Source: Utricularia gibba (lineage: Eukaryota; Plantae; Magnoliophyta). Taken from it: 64,000 bases of DNA. The stretch is from contig NEEC01000030.1 in NCBI GenBank assembly GCA_002189035.1, positions 62,001 through 126,000 on the forward strand, read 5' to 3'. The position numbers and the translations under genes are program-made. The notes under the pieces were generated by a model. That model was not told the origin of the DNA and did not search any database. It saw only the letters and a program-made list of their open reading frames with translations. Shown here piece after piece: positions 1-11,430 of this stretch; positions within the stretch are counted from its first letter, which is position 1, and each line of letters begins with the position of its first letter.

Positions 1-67
1 AGATAATTGGTCATTTCTTATCTGCATTTGCATTATCTCAAAATAATTCTTTTTTTACACCTACAGA

Positions 68-3000
68 TTTGCTCTTGACATTGATATAGATGCCCCAAAG
101 TCAGAGTTCCTATAGGCTCTAGCTCCACTGAAGATGTGAACCATCTTTTATTGGACTTTGGTCACTTCACCTTGCAAACAAAAGTAATTTATACCTGTTT
201 TTTCATGTTTTTCACTAAAATTTTGATTTCTATGAAATTAATTTACTGTGAATAACAGGAAGATTTTCAGCCAGATGGTGAAAGCCAAAGTCTGTATTCT
301 CGTTTTCATATATCTGGAAGAGATATTGCGGCTTTTTTTACAGATGACCATTCTAAGGGTTTAACGAACAGTTCGAGTTTTGCAACAGCAGTCTCTGTAC
401 CTTCTGGAGATTTTGAAAACTCCCCTTTTCTTATAGATAGGTGTGGAATGGGTGTAATCGTTGATCAGGTAGGTACAGATTATCAAATTTTCTTTTTTTT
501 TTTTCAACGAGGCATTTACTAGTACTACATGTATGCCATGAAGATAAAGGTGCCTCATCCAAATCATCCATCAACAAGAATATCTGTTAAAATTCTCAGC
601 CTTGGTGTGCATTTCTCGCTTTGGAGGTATCATAGACTTATTAAGTTGATGGCCCTACTTGGGGGTGTAATGGCTGATGATGAGCAGCTACCAGAAGAGA
701 ATCTCCGAATACACACTCTCCATAGCGTCATCCAGATCTGTCAAGTGATGCAAGAATTTTAGTCTGGAAGGTTAGAAACTTACTCAAACACACTACAGGT
801 TGGTTGTTGACACCATATTATTATAATGATTTGTTGGTCTTTTCTCATTATTATAGTTTTTTTTATTACAGGGAATTGGATATTCAGTTGCTGCGTGGCA
901 TCCTTGCCATGTTGTCTTGTCTTGATTTTATTTTTATGTATTGGAATCTGAAAATTCATATAGCTATCAACGGTGCTCAAGGTCTTTCAATACCCTCCCC
1001 CGAAAAAAAAAAAAAAAAAAAAGAAAAAAAGAAAAAAAAACAAAAGAAAAAAAAAAAAAAAGAAAGAAGAAAGAAAAAAAAGAAAAAAAAAGAAAAGAAA
1101 AGAAAAAAAAAGAAAAGAAAGAAGAAAGAAAAAAAAAACAATCTTTCTACATTTGGAATTGCAGCATGGCAGGGAAACAAGTATTTGATGTTCCCCAGCA
1201 AGTCTTGGTGGTTCTCCCGCATGTATTGCTATCTGCCCTAGGGGCATGGATATAAAAAAGGTAGTGATATTTTACTAATTCTGCAATTAGTCGTTCCTTT
1301 TAGCACTGTGGCTGAGTATGTGCATATTAACTTTTTATGTATTTAAAACAACAATGCCCTTCTGTTTCATGTGAAGTCTAGGTTGAATGAAGCAAAATGT
1401 CAGTATGCTTGTCTTGGGGGTGCATTAGGACAAAATCTGGTTGGTGATTGAATTCGACTCTTAGATTCTCTCTTTTTCATCCCGGTCTCTGGAGTCTTTT
1501 CGTACTTTGATAATTGAGTTCCAAAAGGAGGAGGAAAAACAAGCTTGGATAAGGGGACTTGTCCAGTGTACCTACAGAGCTTCTGTAAGAAGTTAAATCC
1601 TGTGGTCGGTTCTTTTATCTTGGATGTGCTTAGGCAATCAACATTCACTTTATTCATTGACAGGCCCCACCTTCAGTTAATATACTTGATGAAGTAATTG
1701 ATGAGCATGTAGAGCTCACTGTAACTCATGACAGTATCTTGAAGGCGGGTGATCTTGTTATCACTGGAACTGTGATAGAAACCAAAATTTCATTATACGG
1801 AAAGGTCAGCAATTTTGTTTCGATTATGTTATTTAAAAACATCCATGTGCTTTTATCACAAGGCCATTACTTGTGATTGTGTCTTTTCTCTTGTTAGGGG
1901 TGAGTGTACCATTCTGATGTGTAAATCTGCCTTTTTCAGTTTGGAGATGACAAAAATGATGACATGCAGCAGAAACTGATCCTTGAAATTCTTGCTAATG
2001 GTGGAAAGGTTTGTATTTCCTCTTATGATTTTTAATTGCTATCATCAAATCCTGACCTAGTAAGTACATACACCAAAAGTAAATTAAGAATTGTAGACAT
2101 TATTTCCATCTTTTACACACTGTGATATTATTGTATCTCATCAGGCAAACTGATAATTTTCCTCAGGTTCATGTCTCAAGTTGTACTAGTGACTTAATCG
2201 TAAAGATGAAGTTGAATTCCTTGAAAATTATGGATCAGCTTGAGGATTTGTCTGGAGACAAGTATTTAGCATGCTCAGTAGTTGACGCACATGCACATGA
2301 TTCACCTTTGAATTCGGAATATCTAGGAATTGTGCCCATTTTATTGCCAATGGAAGAGGATGATGACTTAAAAGATGCTTTGTCAGATTTTGTGTCTTCA
2401 AAGGATCCCTCTGAATGTGGTTTACATGATGTTTTTTACGAGACAATGGGATCTGTTGGGTCTGATTTTGTTTCTTTTTTATTCTTGAGAAGGGATCCTG
2501 GCTCCCCTAACTATGACGGTCTTGATACCCAGGTAACTATTTGTACTCAAATTAGAAAATTGAATATCCATTTGTTTTAAATTGATCCTGCATACTGCTT
2601 TTTTCAAAAAATGATCTTGCATGTTATTGTGTCTCACAATTCTTAATTTACAGATGAGTATCCAGATGTCAAAGTTGGAATTTTATTTCAACCGGCCTAC
2701 TGTTGTTGCTTTGATCAATTTTGGTGTTGATATGAGCTCTGCACATAACTTAGGTGATAGTTCAGACAATGAAAATCTTGATGCTGAACTTAGAGAAAGG
2801 ATTGAGCAACAATTACATGATTCATCTGTGAAAGGATTACTGGGTTATGGCAAAAGTAGGGTTGTTTTTCGTATGTATATGAAAGTTGACAGCGTCACTG
2901 TGTTTCTAAACAAAGAGGATGGTTCTTAACTTGCTATGTTCATTCAAGAAAGTTTTCAGTTGGATATCAAGGTGGTTTCTATTGTTGATTTTGTTTTTTG

Positions 3001-3180
3001 TACGTCCGGGACTCTACTACTGGACCACTTATTGTTATGCATAATTAGGTACACCCAAGTTCAAACTCCATTGAGGGAACTTTGGGCAACTTGAGATTGT
3101 GCGATCTAGGCCTTGGATGTGGGCACTGCTGGGGTTGGCTTTGTGATTTGCGTGACCAAGTCGCAGAGTCACTGATTCAG
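68..3180 (+). pseudogene. VPS13: VPS13-family (PH-domain-containing vacuolar protein sorting 13) gene fragment, disabled and 3'-truncated
   Basis: GT-AG exons encode plant VPS13-like peptides: FALDIDIDAPK..LLLDFGHFTLQTK, ISGRDIAAFFTD..DRCGMGVIVDQ, IKVPHPNHPSTRISV, PH-domain GIGYSVAAWHPC and AWIRGLVQCTYRAS, SKLEFYFNRPTVVALINFG, KGLLGYGKSRVVF, GTLGNLRLCDL. Lesions: TGA at 923-925, TAA at 2927-2929, 1-nt frameshifts near 100 and 1190. The gene starts before the window, and coding similarity stops after the exon ending at 3180. Confidence 0.85.
1003..1138 (+). repeat. 136-nt A-rich polypurine tract (A-runs broken by G) inside a VPS13 intron
   Basis: All A/G except one C at 1041. It lies between the donor after ...TGCTCAAG|GT and the acceptor ...TTGCAG|CATGG. 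Confidence 0.95.
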
Positions 3181-3358
3181 GTCCTCTTGAACTCTTACTG
3201 GGGATTTTCCTCTCAACTTCTACTGATTTGTATTTCTTTTATTTGTCTGCGATTGGCAATAAAATGATCACTAGCAAGCGTTTGATCAGTTTATTACCAA
3301 GTGTTTCCTCTTACTGGGCACCTTTGAATTTGTCTGCGATTTGCAGTTTATTACCAAG

Positions 3359-6300
3359 CGTGGCATTCCCGACCGCACCTATCACTTATATGATCACTAA
3401 CAGGGAGCAACTGAAAGCCCTGCTAACGGAAATCCTTACCGACCTCCGGGCACCTTCAGGTCTCAACTCCAACGCTCAGGAGAGAACACCTGAAACCGCA
3501 CCACGAACGGCGAAGCAACCTCTTATTCCGGAGTACCCCCAAATACGTGTTGAAATTCAGGATCCGATGGGCCAGGCAAGCGCACACGTGAAGCCCAAGT
3601 ACACAAGAAACGTGGATCACAATAGAAGAGATTAGGCCCAACCAATTACTTGTGATATGTAGTTTCTTATATACTAGACTATTCCACTTTCATTTTCCGA
3701 TGGGGGATTATGTATTCTAACAATACGGAGACTGAATTCGAAATCGAAGAGGAGATGCTACGGAGAAAGAGGTGCAACCAAGTCGTGTATGAGGTAGGTG
3801 CTGATAGGGAAAACATGACTAGCAAAATCTTGGAAGAAAGAGAAGAAGAGTTGAAGAGAGAGTTACACCAGATCCACGAGAAGAAAAGCTTTATCGACGA
3901 GCGGATGTTGGCAGGGAGAAGAGAGGATAGAGGCTTTAGGGACGTTTTCGATCAGAACGTATCCACTGGGAGAGGAGATGTTTTGGCCGATATTGCTTTG
4001 GCCTTAAAGAGTGGAGTTGAGGGAGCAGCTGGAACCAAAACGCTGCGTTTTGACCCTTTCTCGGACGATTTAGTCGGAGAAGAGCCCGAGAGAGGATTCA
4101 GAGTCCCGGATGGATTACCCACGTATGACGGAAAAGGGACCCCATATAGCATGTAACCGACTTCGATATGAGGATGTCCACGGTTCGACATTTAGAGGCC
4201 ATGAAGTGTAAGATGTTTGATTGCTCGCTCCAGAAAGGAGCGAAGACTTGGTTTAAACATTTAGAACTATGCAGTGTGGCATCTTATCGGGAATTAGTAC
4301 TACTCTTCACTACCCGATACGCTGTTAACATTGAAGCTCCACCTTCGAAGGCATCTCTATACTAAATTCGGTACGATCACTGAAAAGAGAGCTTGCGAAG
4401 ATTCATCGATCAATTCAACTGCTTGGCGCAGGATGTCCAATTGGGCCTTAGAACGTCGAAATTGGGACAAAGTCTATCGAAGTCTCCACCAAAGAATCTC
4501 GGAGAATTGTTAAGGAAAATCATGAAGTACATCCGAGTGGACGACGACCTCAGGGCCGAGATGAAAAGCCGCGTGGAGATTCGTCCAGTCCCACAGCAGG
4601 AGACCCAACTTAACTGAGGGCCCAGGGCGAATAAGCGCCGTGAAGTATATCAGGTGGAACCAACCAGAACAGATGCCTACTGCAAAATACACAAGACCAC
4701 CGGGCACGATACTGCCCACTGCCGATTGATGAAGAGGATGATCGAGCAATATCATGCTGGTGGGGGATGAACAACGCGATGCGGAACCCCGCATCAATGA
4801 TGGACCGGAAAAGAGGACGTAATGAGCGAACAGGGAACGAAGGGAACCGATATCCGAAATTCCCTCCGAAACCAAGGATGGCGGACTCGCGAGCCAACAG
4901 GGAACCGAATCATGGAGGAGTACAAGACCTACCGGAAAGATCACGGAGTGCCCATCAAATGCAGGGTAGTCCCCCTATATTCGGGAAATCCATATGATAT
5001 CCGGAGGAACCGAGATGGATGTGTCCCGAAAGGAACGGAAGAGATATTTGGATGAATCTAGAAGAGGAGAAGTTTTGGAAATCGGAAATGGTACGACTGA
5101 AAAAGCTGCTTAGCAAAAGGAAGAGATCAGCTTCTCCGACAAAGACGTCCCGGTTGGCCCAGCCGCGAGAGATGAACCCTTGGTGGTATCAGGAATATGT
5201 GGGAGCACCAAGGTAAGGAAGATTCTTATCGATCAAGGATCCTCGTGCAACATCATGAAGAAGGAAGTGGCCGAGTTACTGGCGTCATCTAACGAGAGAA
5301 ATATTTGCCATGTGCGCATGGAGTTGTACGCATTCGACCAGCGGGCCATGCAAACTATCGGGAAAATAACCCTGCCCGTAACATTCGGAGCGGCAGGGCG
5401 GAGCCGAACCGAGAGGTTGGAATTCTTAATACTGGATTCAGAGATCTCGTACAACATCATCCTTGGGCGACCCGGCATCAACCAATTCGATATGTTACCC
5501 TCCACTGTGCATTTGAGAATTAAATTCCCAACGTCGAAGGGCGTTTGCACGATGGGTATCGACCAACCAACCGCCCGGTCCTGTTACGTATCTTCCTGTC
5601 GGGACCCCTGCGCGAAAAAGTTGAGAGTGATGATGGTAGAAAAGGAACCCCGGTAACCCCTAGGCAAGCAATGGAACCAATAGGGTACAAGTCGGTGCAA
5701 CTAATACCAGAAGATGCGCAGAAAACCACCCGCATCGGTGCCAATCTAGACGCTGGATTCGAGAAAATGTTAGTTGAACTTTTGATGAAGAATATCGATA
5801 TTTTTGCCTGGACTGCTGCGGATTTTGTAGTTTTCGATCGATCCGTCGCTGAATATCACATTGATACCTACCCAGGGGCAAAAGCGGTTCGGCAGAAGCA
5901 ACGACATTTCTCAGAGGAAAAGTGCCAAATTATCAAAGAAAAAAAAAGAGAGCTCTTGGAAGCTGGTTATGTGAAGGAGATCCAGTACTCCGAATGGGTA
6001 GCCCACCCGGTCGTGGGAAAATGGAGGATGTGCATTGACTTCACCGACCTCAATGCCTGCTGCGAAAGGGACCCTTATCCTTTGCCAAAGATCGACAAGG
6101 TAGTAGACGCCATTGCCGGATCTCGATTCCTGAGCACCATGGATGGCTATTCGGGTATCATCAAATTTTCGTTACAGAGAAAGACCAACCGAAAACCACC
6201 TTCTACACTAAGGATGGGGTTTACTGCTACGTGGCAATGCCTTTCGGATTGAAGAATGATGGGGCGACTTACAAGAGGTTGGTAAATAAAATATTCTCTT

Positions 6301-6994
6301 TTGAAATCGATACCTCAATGGAGGTGTATGTGGACGATATGATCGTGAAATCTATGAATGGAGAAGACCATTTAGCGTATTTGGATTCGTTTTTCTCTTT
6401 ATGTCGGTTATACGGGTTAAAGCTCAACCCATTGAAATGTTGCTTCGGGGTGCAAAGTGGAGAATTCCTTGGGTATTACGTATCAGAGAGAGGAATGGAG
6501 GCTGACCCCGAGAAGATTAAGGCAATATGCGAAATGCAACCACCGAGATCAATCAAGGAGCTGGGAATGGCAGAACTCGACGTTGACACCGATTCGCGGC
6601 TTGTGCAAGGGCAATTTTCGGGAGAATTCGAAACCCATGACTCCCTCATAGCTTTGTACCGTGTCCAGGTGAAGGAAATGGCTAAAACCTTCAAGGAGTT
6701 CACCCTGTCGCACATAGCACGTGAGAAAAACGGGTCCGCAGATAGCCTCGCCCGATTCGCAGCAGGGTTTCACGAGTTAAGAGAAGGAAGTGTGACAATT
6801 TGGTTGCGGGACCAACCTTCGGTGAGCCTACGAGCCATGAATCAAATCACCCAGCAATCGGGAAACAATATCTCTTCACAACTGAGTCCCCTTGATGACT
6901 GGACGACGCCGTACATCCGGTATTTACAAAATTGGAAAACCCCATCTGATAAGCAGAAAGCCCGACGGTTAGAGACTAGAGTGAAGAGGTATAC
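3359..6994 (+). mobile_element. Decayed Ty3/gypsy Tat/Retand copy (LTR remnant, gag, protease, RT, partial archaeal-type RNase H)
   Basis: Colinear with the reverse complement of the element at 49598-59711. Motifs: gag LPTYDGKG, protease ILIDQGSSCNIM, RT WRMCIDFTDLN and YVDDMIVKS, aRH DSRLVQGQF. It has many frameshifts and stops and ends at RVKRYT, where a CRM LTR begins. Confidence 0.92.
3548..3722. mobile_element. 175-bp solo LTR (TGTTG...TAACA) with perfect 5-bp TSD ATACG, inserted in Retand gag
   Basis: ATACG at 3543-3547 and 3723-3727. Removing the insert restores the gag sequence seen uninterrupted in the 49598-59711 copy (...cccccagatacggagactg...). Confidence 0.85.
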
Positions 6995-8287
6995 TGATAC
7001 AACCCTCCAATCAACAAGTGATTGGCAAACCAGATCTTGGTTGAAAGAAGCAATTCCTCAAGAAAAAAAGTTGGCCCTCAAGGATTGAAAGATCCTTTCA
7101 ACCCAAACTATGAAATGGTACTACACTCACAGAATTAAGGAAGGAATTGAGAGTGATAAACCACACACTAGACACTACAAACAAGGCTTGATAAGTCTAT
7201 GTTCTACAAGAACTCAAGGAAGGAGAATAGCTCTCAAAAGTGATTACAATCAAAAGTTGTCCAAAACATGAGTAAGGGCTTCTTAAATAGATGAAGGATT
7301 GTGCCTTATTAGAGGAAAAGTAGTAATAATAATGTATTTGGTAGTAATGGGTCTTCTCTAATCAAGTTGATGCACTTTGAGAATGTTGAATTCTATGCCC
7401 AACACCACATAGCCTTGTTGATTGGCCCATAAGCTCTTAAGCACTTCCTTATTCCTTCTTGCTCTTGATCTAGTGATTGGCCCAACTGAAATCAATGAAA
7501 TATTATTGATCTTGTGTCTTTTATCTTCATTGAGATAATCTATAGCATCCATGATCTCATCATCCCCTCCTTCTTTTAGCAGATTCATCCTTGAATCATC
7601 ACCATCTACATCACAAGGAACCAAGTCAGCAATATTGAAAGTGGAGTGCACCGAAAACTCACCTGGAAGATCAATCTTATAAGCATTATCATTGATTTTC
7701 TCAATGACTTGAAAGGGTCCTTCTCTTCTGGTTGAAAGCTTTCAAGAGGTTTATGTTCACATGAAAGATAAATATCTTTAAAATCATTATCAAGACTGTA
7801 AAATTCTTTTATCGTTGACAATCTAAGAATTTGAGCATCAAGAGTAGCTAAAAGTGTGTACCTTCGTGACAATGCATCTGCAACAATGTTCTCCTTACCT
7901 TTCTTATATTTGATAACATAAGCAAAGGTATCAATGAACTCCACCCATTTTTCGTGTCTTCTATTGAGATTTTTTTGATTCTTGACATGCTTAAAACTTT
8001 CGTGATCTATATGGATAACAAACTCTTTGTGCCAAAGATAATGTTTCCAAGTTTCAAGTGCTCTAACCAATGAGTACAACTCCTTATCATAAGTTGGGTA
8101 ATTTAGTGTAGCTCCACCCAATTTTTCACTGAAATAGCCAATAGGTCGACCTTCTTGCATGAGAACAGCACCTATTCCAACTGTAGAAGCATCACATTCA
8201 ATTTCAAACGTGTTAAAGAAATCAGGTAATGTAAGTAAAGGAGCTGAGCTAAGGTTATCTTTAAGTGTCTTGAAAGCATGTTCTTGT
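6995..8287 (-). mobile_element. CRM (centromeric chromovirus) family A, 3' fragment: RNase H, integrase C-terminus, PPT and complete 3' LTR
   Basis: RNase H motif [40 protein letters not shown] at about 7563-7576. LTR 6995-7562 (TGATGAG...TATCA on minus). The integrase ORF runs into the LTR and carries the CR motif GPITRSRAR. Confidence 0.9.
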
Positions 8288-10132
8288 TGTTGTTACAAGA
8301 AAAATAGTCTTGGGAAGTAATAAAAAGGTAATGCTTATGAGATCACCTTGGATGATCTTTTGAAGATGAGCTACAAATATCTTTTGAAGATCCTTTTGAG
8401 TATGAGTGTGCTCTAATATCTTTAGTATAACCACTAAAGTTAAAGTTGCTGATCCAAAAACGAAGATTGAATTCCATGCTGTGTTGACCACCTACAACCT
8501 CTACCAAATCATGGTCAGTGATCATAAAAGTTGTATTTTCTCACTTCAGGATAAAAGCAGCCTTTGGCACAAACGTTTTGGGCACTATAGCTTTAACAAT
8601 CTGAAAATATTGCAAAAGAATAAGGAAGTACTGGAATTGAAAGACATCAAGTTTGCTAATACCATATGTGAAGTGTGCCATCAAGGTAAACAGTGTAGAA
8701 AGCTCTTTTATTCCAGTGATTCACTAGCAAAGGAAAAATTAGAGCTTGTGCATATAGATGTTTGTGCACCATTTAAGGAATGTTCATTAGGGGGGAGTAG
8801 ATATTTTGTTACATTCATTGATGATTATTCACGTTATTGTTGGGTTTACTTTCTTAAAAGCAAGTCAGAAGTTCCTCATATCTTTCGAAAATTCAAATTG
8901 ATGATTGAGAATCAGAGTGGATGCTCTTTGAAGATTATTAGATCAGACAATGGAGGCGAATTGTATAATAATAGCATGAGAATGTTCTGTGAAAATGAGG
9001 GAATCATGCATCAATTCACCGTACCATATTCTCCACAACAGAATGGTATATGTGAAAGGAGAAATAGAACAATAGTTGATATCTCAAGATGCCTATTGTT
9101 TGAGAAAGATCTTCCTGTAAATTTCTGGGCTGAAGCGGTATCTACATCTGTATATCTATTGAACTTGCTTCCGTCAAGGGCAATTAGTGGAAAAACCGCC
9201 CATGAAAAATGACATGGTTATATTAAAAAGGTTGATCATCTCAGAATCTTTGGTAGTCTGTGTTTTACTTATGTACCAGACCAAAAACGAGGAAAACTTG
9301 AGAAGAAATCTATATCTGGTGTATTTGTTGGTTATAGCAACACTACTAAGGGATATAAAGTTTATGTACCTCAACAGAAGAAATTTATCTTCAGCCATGA
9401 TCTCACTTTTGATGAAGGTGCAAGGTATACTTTAATTGATGATTGCATTGGTATGAATGATGCAGAAGCTCATAAAAGACTTGAAAGGCATAGCACCCAT
9501 GTGAAAGGAGACCTCTGGACACACATGCCTCAAAACTTCTCTTACAGGAATTCAACAAACCAAGAAACTTCAGAACTCGTTCATGAAGATTCAAATCAAG
9601 TAAATGATCAGCATTCAGATGAGAATTTTCCAGCTCAAGAGAAGGAAAAGGTCACAAATCAAGATGGCTCGTCCAATGAGAATTCAGAATCAAACTCTGA
9701 ACCCCTATATGGACAATCTCATTAGGCCAATGATCAACATTCAGATGGGAATTTCGAAATCCCAGAAGAGGAGGAAGGCACGAATGCAAAAGACTCATCA
9801 ACAGATGAATCTGATGGAGAGGAACCTGATACTGATGCTGAAGATTATTACCCATCTGATCGTGATTGGCAAAGGAGGAAACGCAAAAACATCAGAGATT
9901 CAATAGATAATGAAGATACTCATGTTACTGACATTAGAAGAAGCAATATAAACAAGGCTATTACAATAAGTTTCTCCAAGTTGAATGATGATGTCCAAGA
10001 TGCTATAGCTGATATTTTGGCTGGATTATTGACAGGAGATCCAACATCATTTGAAGTGGCTGTACAAAATCCGAAATAGAGAGAGGCCATGAAAGAAGAA
10101 ATGAATTCTATACTTGAAAATGAAACTTGGGA
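8288..10132 (+). mobile_element. Rearranged Ty1/copia fragment (inverted LTR end, GAG-pre-integrase, integrase, start of RT)
   Basis: Homologous to 27149-32457. Integrase ORF 8406-9212 has LWHKRFGH, HIDVCAPF and YSPQQNGICERRNRT. The LTR piece at about 8288-8357 is oriented opposite to the coding sequence. The fragment ends at ENETW, joined to the PGDH tail. Confidence 0.9.
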
Positions 10133-10251
10133 TAGCTCCTAGGAAACAAGCCATTATGGCCATTGGAGTTGATGAGGAACCGAGGAAGGATGCTCTTAAA
10201 AAAATAGGTGAAATCCCAGCCATTGAAGAGTTCGTGTATCTTAAATTGTAG
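10130..10251 (+). pseudogene. PGDH: Duplicated 3' end of PGDH (last ~40 codons, [39 protein letters not shown])
   Basis: Reverse complement of 45683-45804 with two substitutions (10140, 10153). It has no 5' part or promoter. Confidence 0.93.
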
Positions 10252-10466
10252 CCCTTGATCCTGCCGCTGTCATTTTTGGTGCGATTTTTTACTAGCAATA
10301 ATTTAGTATCGTGTTTTTTGGAAACAAATATGTCATCGTAAGAGGCATCAATCAGCTCACATAGTAAGCAGTTTCAAACTCATATACCAGATCCTTAGCG
10401 CGATATTCAGCCTCTGATCGCACCCAAAATCGAGACTTTAGCAACCGAAACTTCTCAGCTTTTATC

Positions 10467-11430
10467 TTAAATCTCCATGGCCTGCTGGGACTGAGGCTTC
10501 TTCCTTTTGGTTTTGGAGGATTTGGTCTTCGCATTTTTTCTTCTCTTGACCTTTTCATCTGCAGGAGGCTGTGTACCCAACAAATGCTGATAAATGGAAC
10601 CCAAAGGGTCTGTTTGGAATACCGGATCCTTGAAGACTTTCTCCAACTGGTTGCTCTCTTTGAGCCTGTCGTGAAATGAAAAGTTCAACACAGGTTTTAT
10701 GTTTTTCCTCGGCCATGTAAAGAAAAACACATCATCCAAGGAAATCGAAATGGAAAGCCCTTGGGTGTAAAGAATCAAACAGTAATGCTCACACTAGTTG
10801 GTTTCTAGTTTTGCTGTTAATCTTGAACAAGATTTTCCTTGGTTCCTTGGGGAGTCTCAAATCAGGGAGGTGCTCTGAGAGAGTAGTCATATCAAAAGCC
10901 TTCAGCTTCCTCTGCCGGCTCCTTTTCCTTTTCTGTTTCTCCTGCTCGGGCAACAACATATGCAAGATGAAACAGCAAGAAAAATGTGATGCTTTCGTGA
11001 GGCAAGAAATCACAATCCTGGAAACTCTTTACAATAAAAAGGGGCATAGCTTTTCATGAACCATACCTTGCTTATCTTTTTCTCAGAAACCGAATTCCTG
11101 ACCACTACAAAACCAGAAAACCCATGACAAGAATTGATGAACTCCATTTTTAAGTTTCAACATATCAAGCATAATGCCATACCCAAACCAGGAAATATCA
11201 GCATAATGACATGTGAGGAAAATGCTTGTTTATATTCTTACGTTCATAAAACTGCATCTTCTTTGCAAACTTCTTTTCAGTACGAGTGGCCCCATCCGAT
11301 CTGACTACCAAGGTTAGCTTATCAGCAGTCAACAAGAATCAGCCGACCACAAAAGCGTTTCAACGAATAACAGTATAACAAAAGTTGTAAGGAATTTCAC
11401 ATCCCTATACCTTGTGGAATTCTTTCCCAT
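10467..11430 (-). CDS. SLX9: SLX9/FAM207A-like ribosome biogenesis protein, duplicate copy in left arm (5 coding exons)
   Basis: Mirror of 44504-45467, with ATG at 11428-11430 and the same splice sites. Upstream promoter sequence is also duplicated. Confidence 0.78.

Noticed and set aside
804-1255. Poly-Lys and poly-Phe ORFs in several frames
   Set aside because: They are translations of the intronic polypurine tract, not proteins.
10047-10298. Possible copia-PGDH chimeric protein at the outer junction
   Set aside because: The copia frame reads ENETWDSS* and the PGDH tail is in another frame. An upstream stop is also present.
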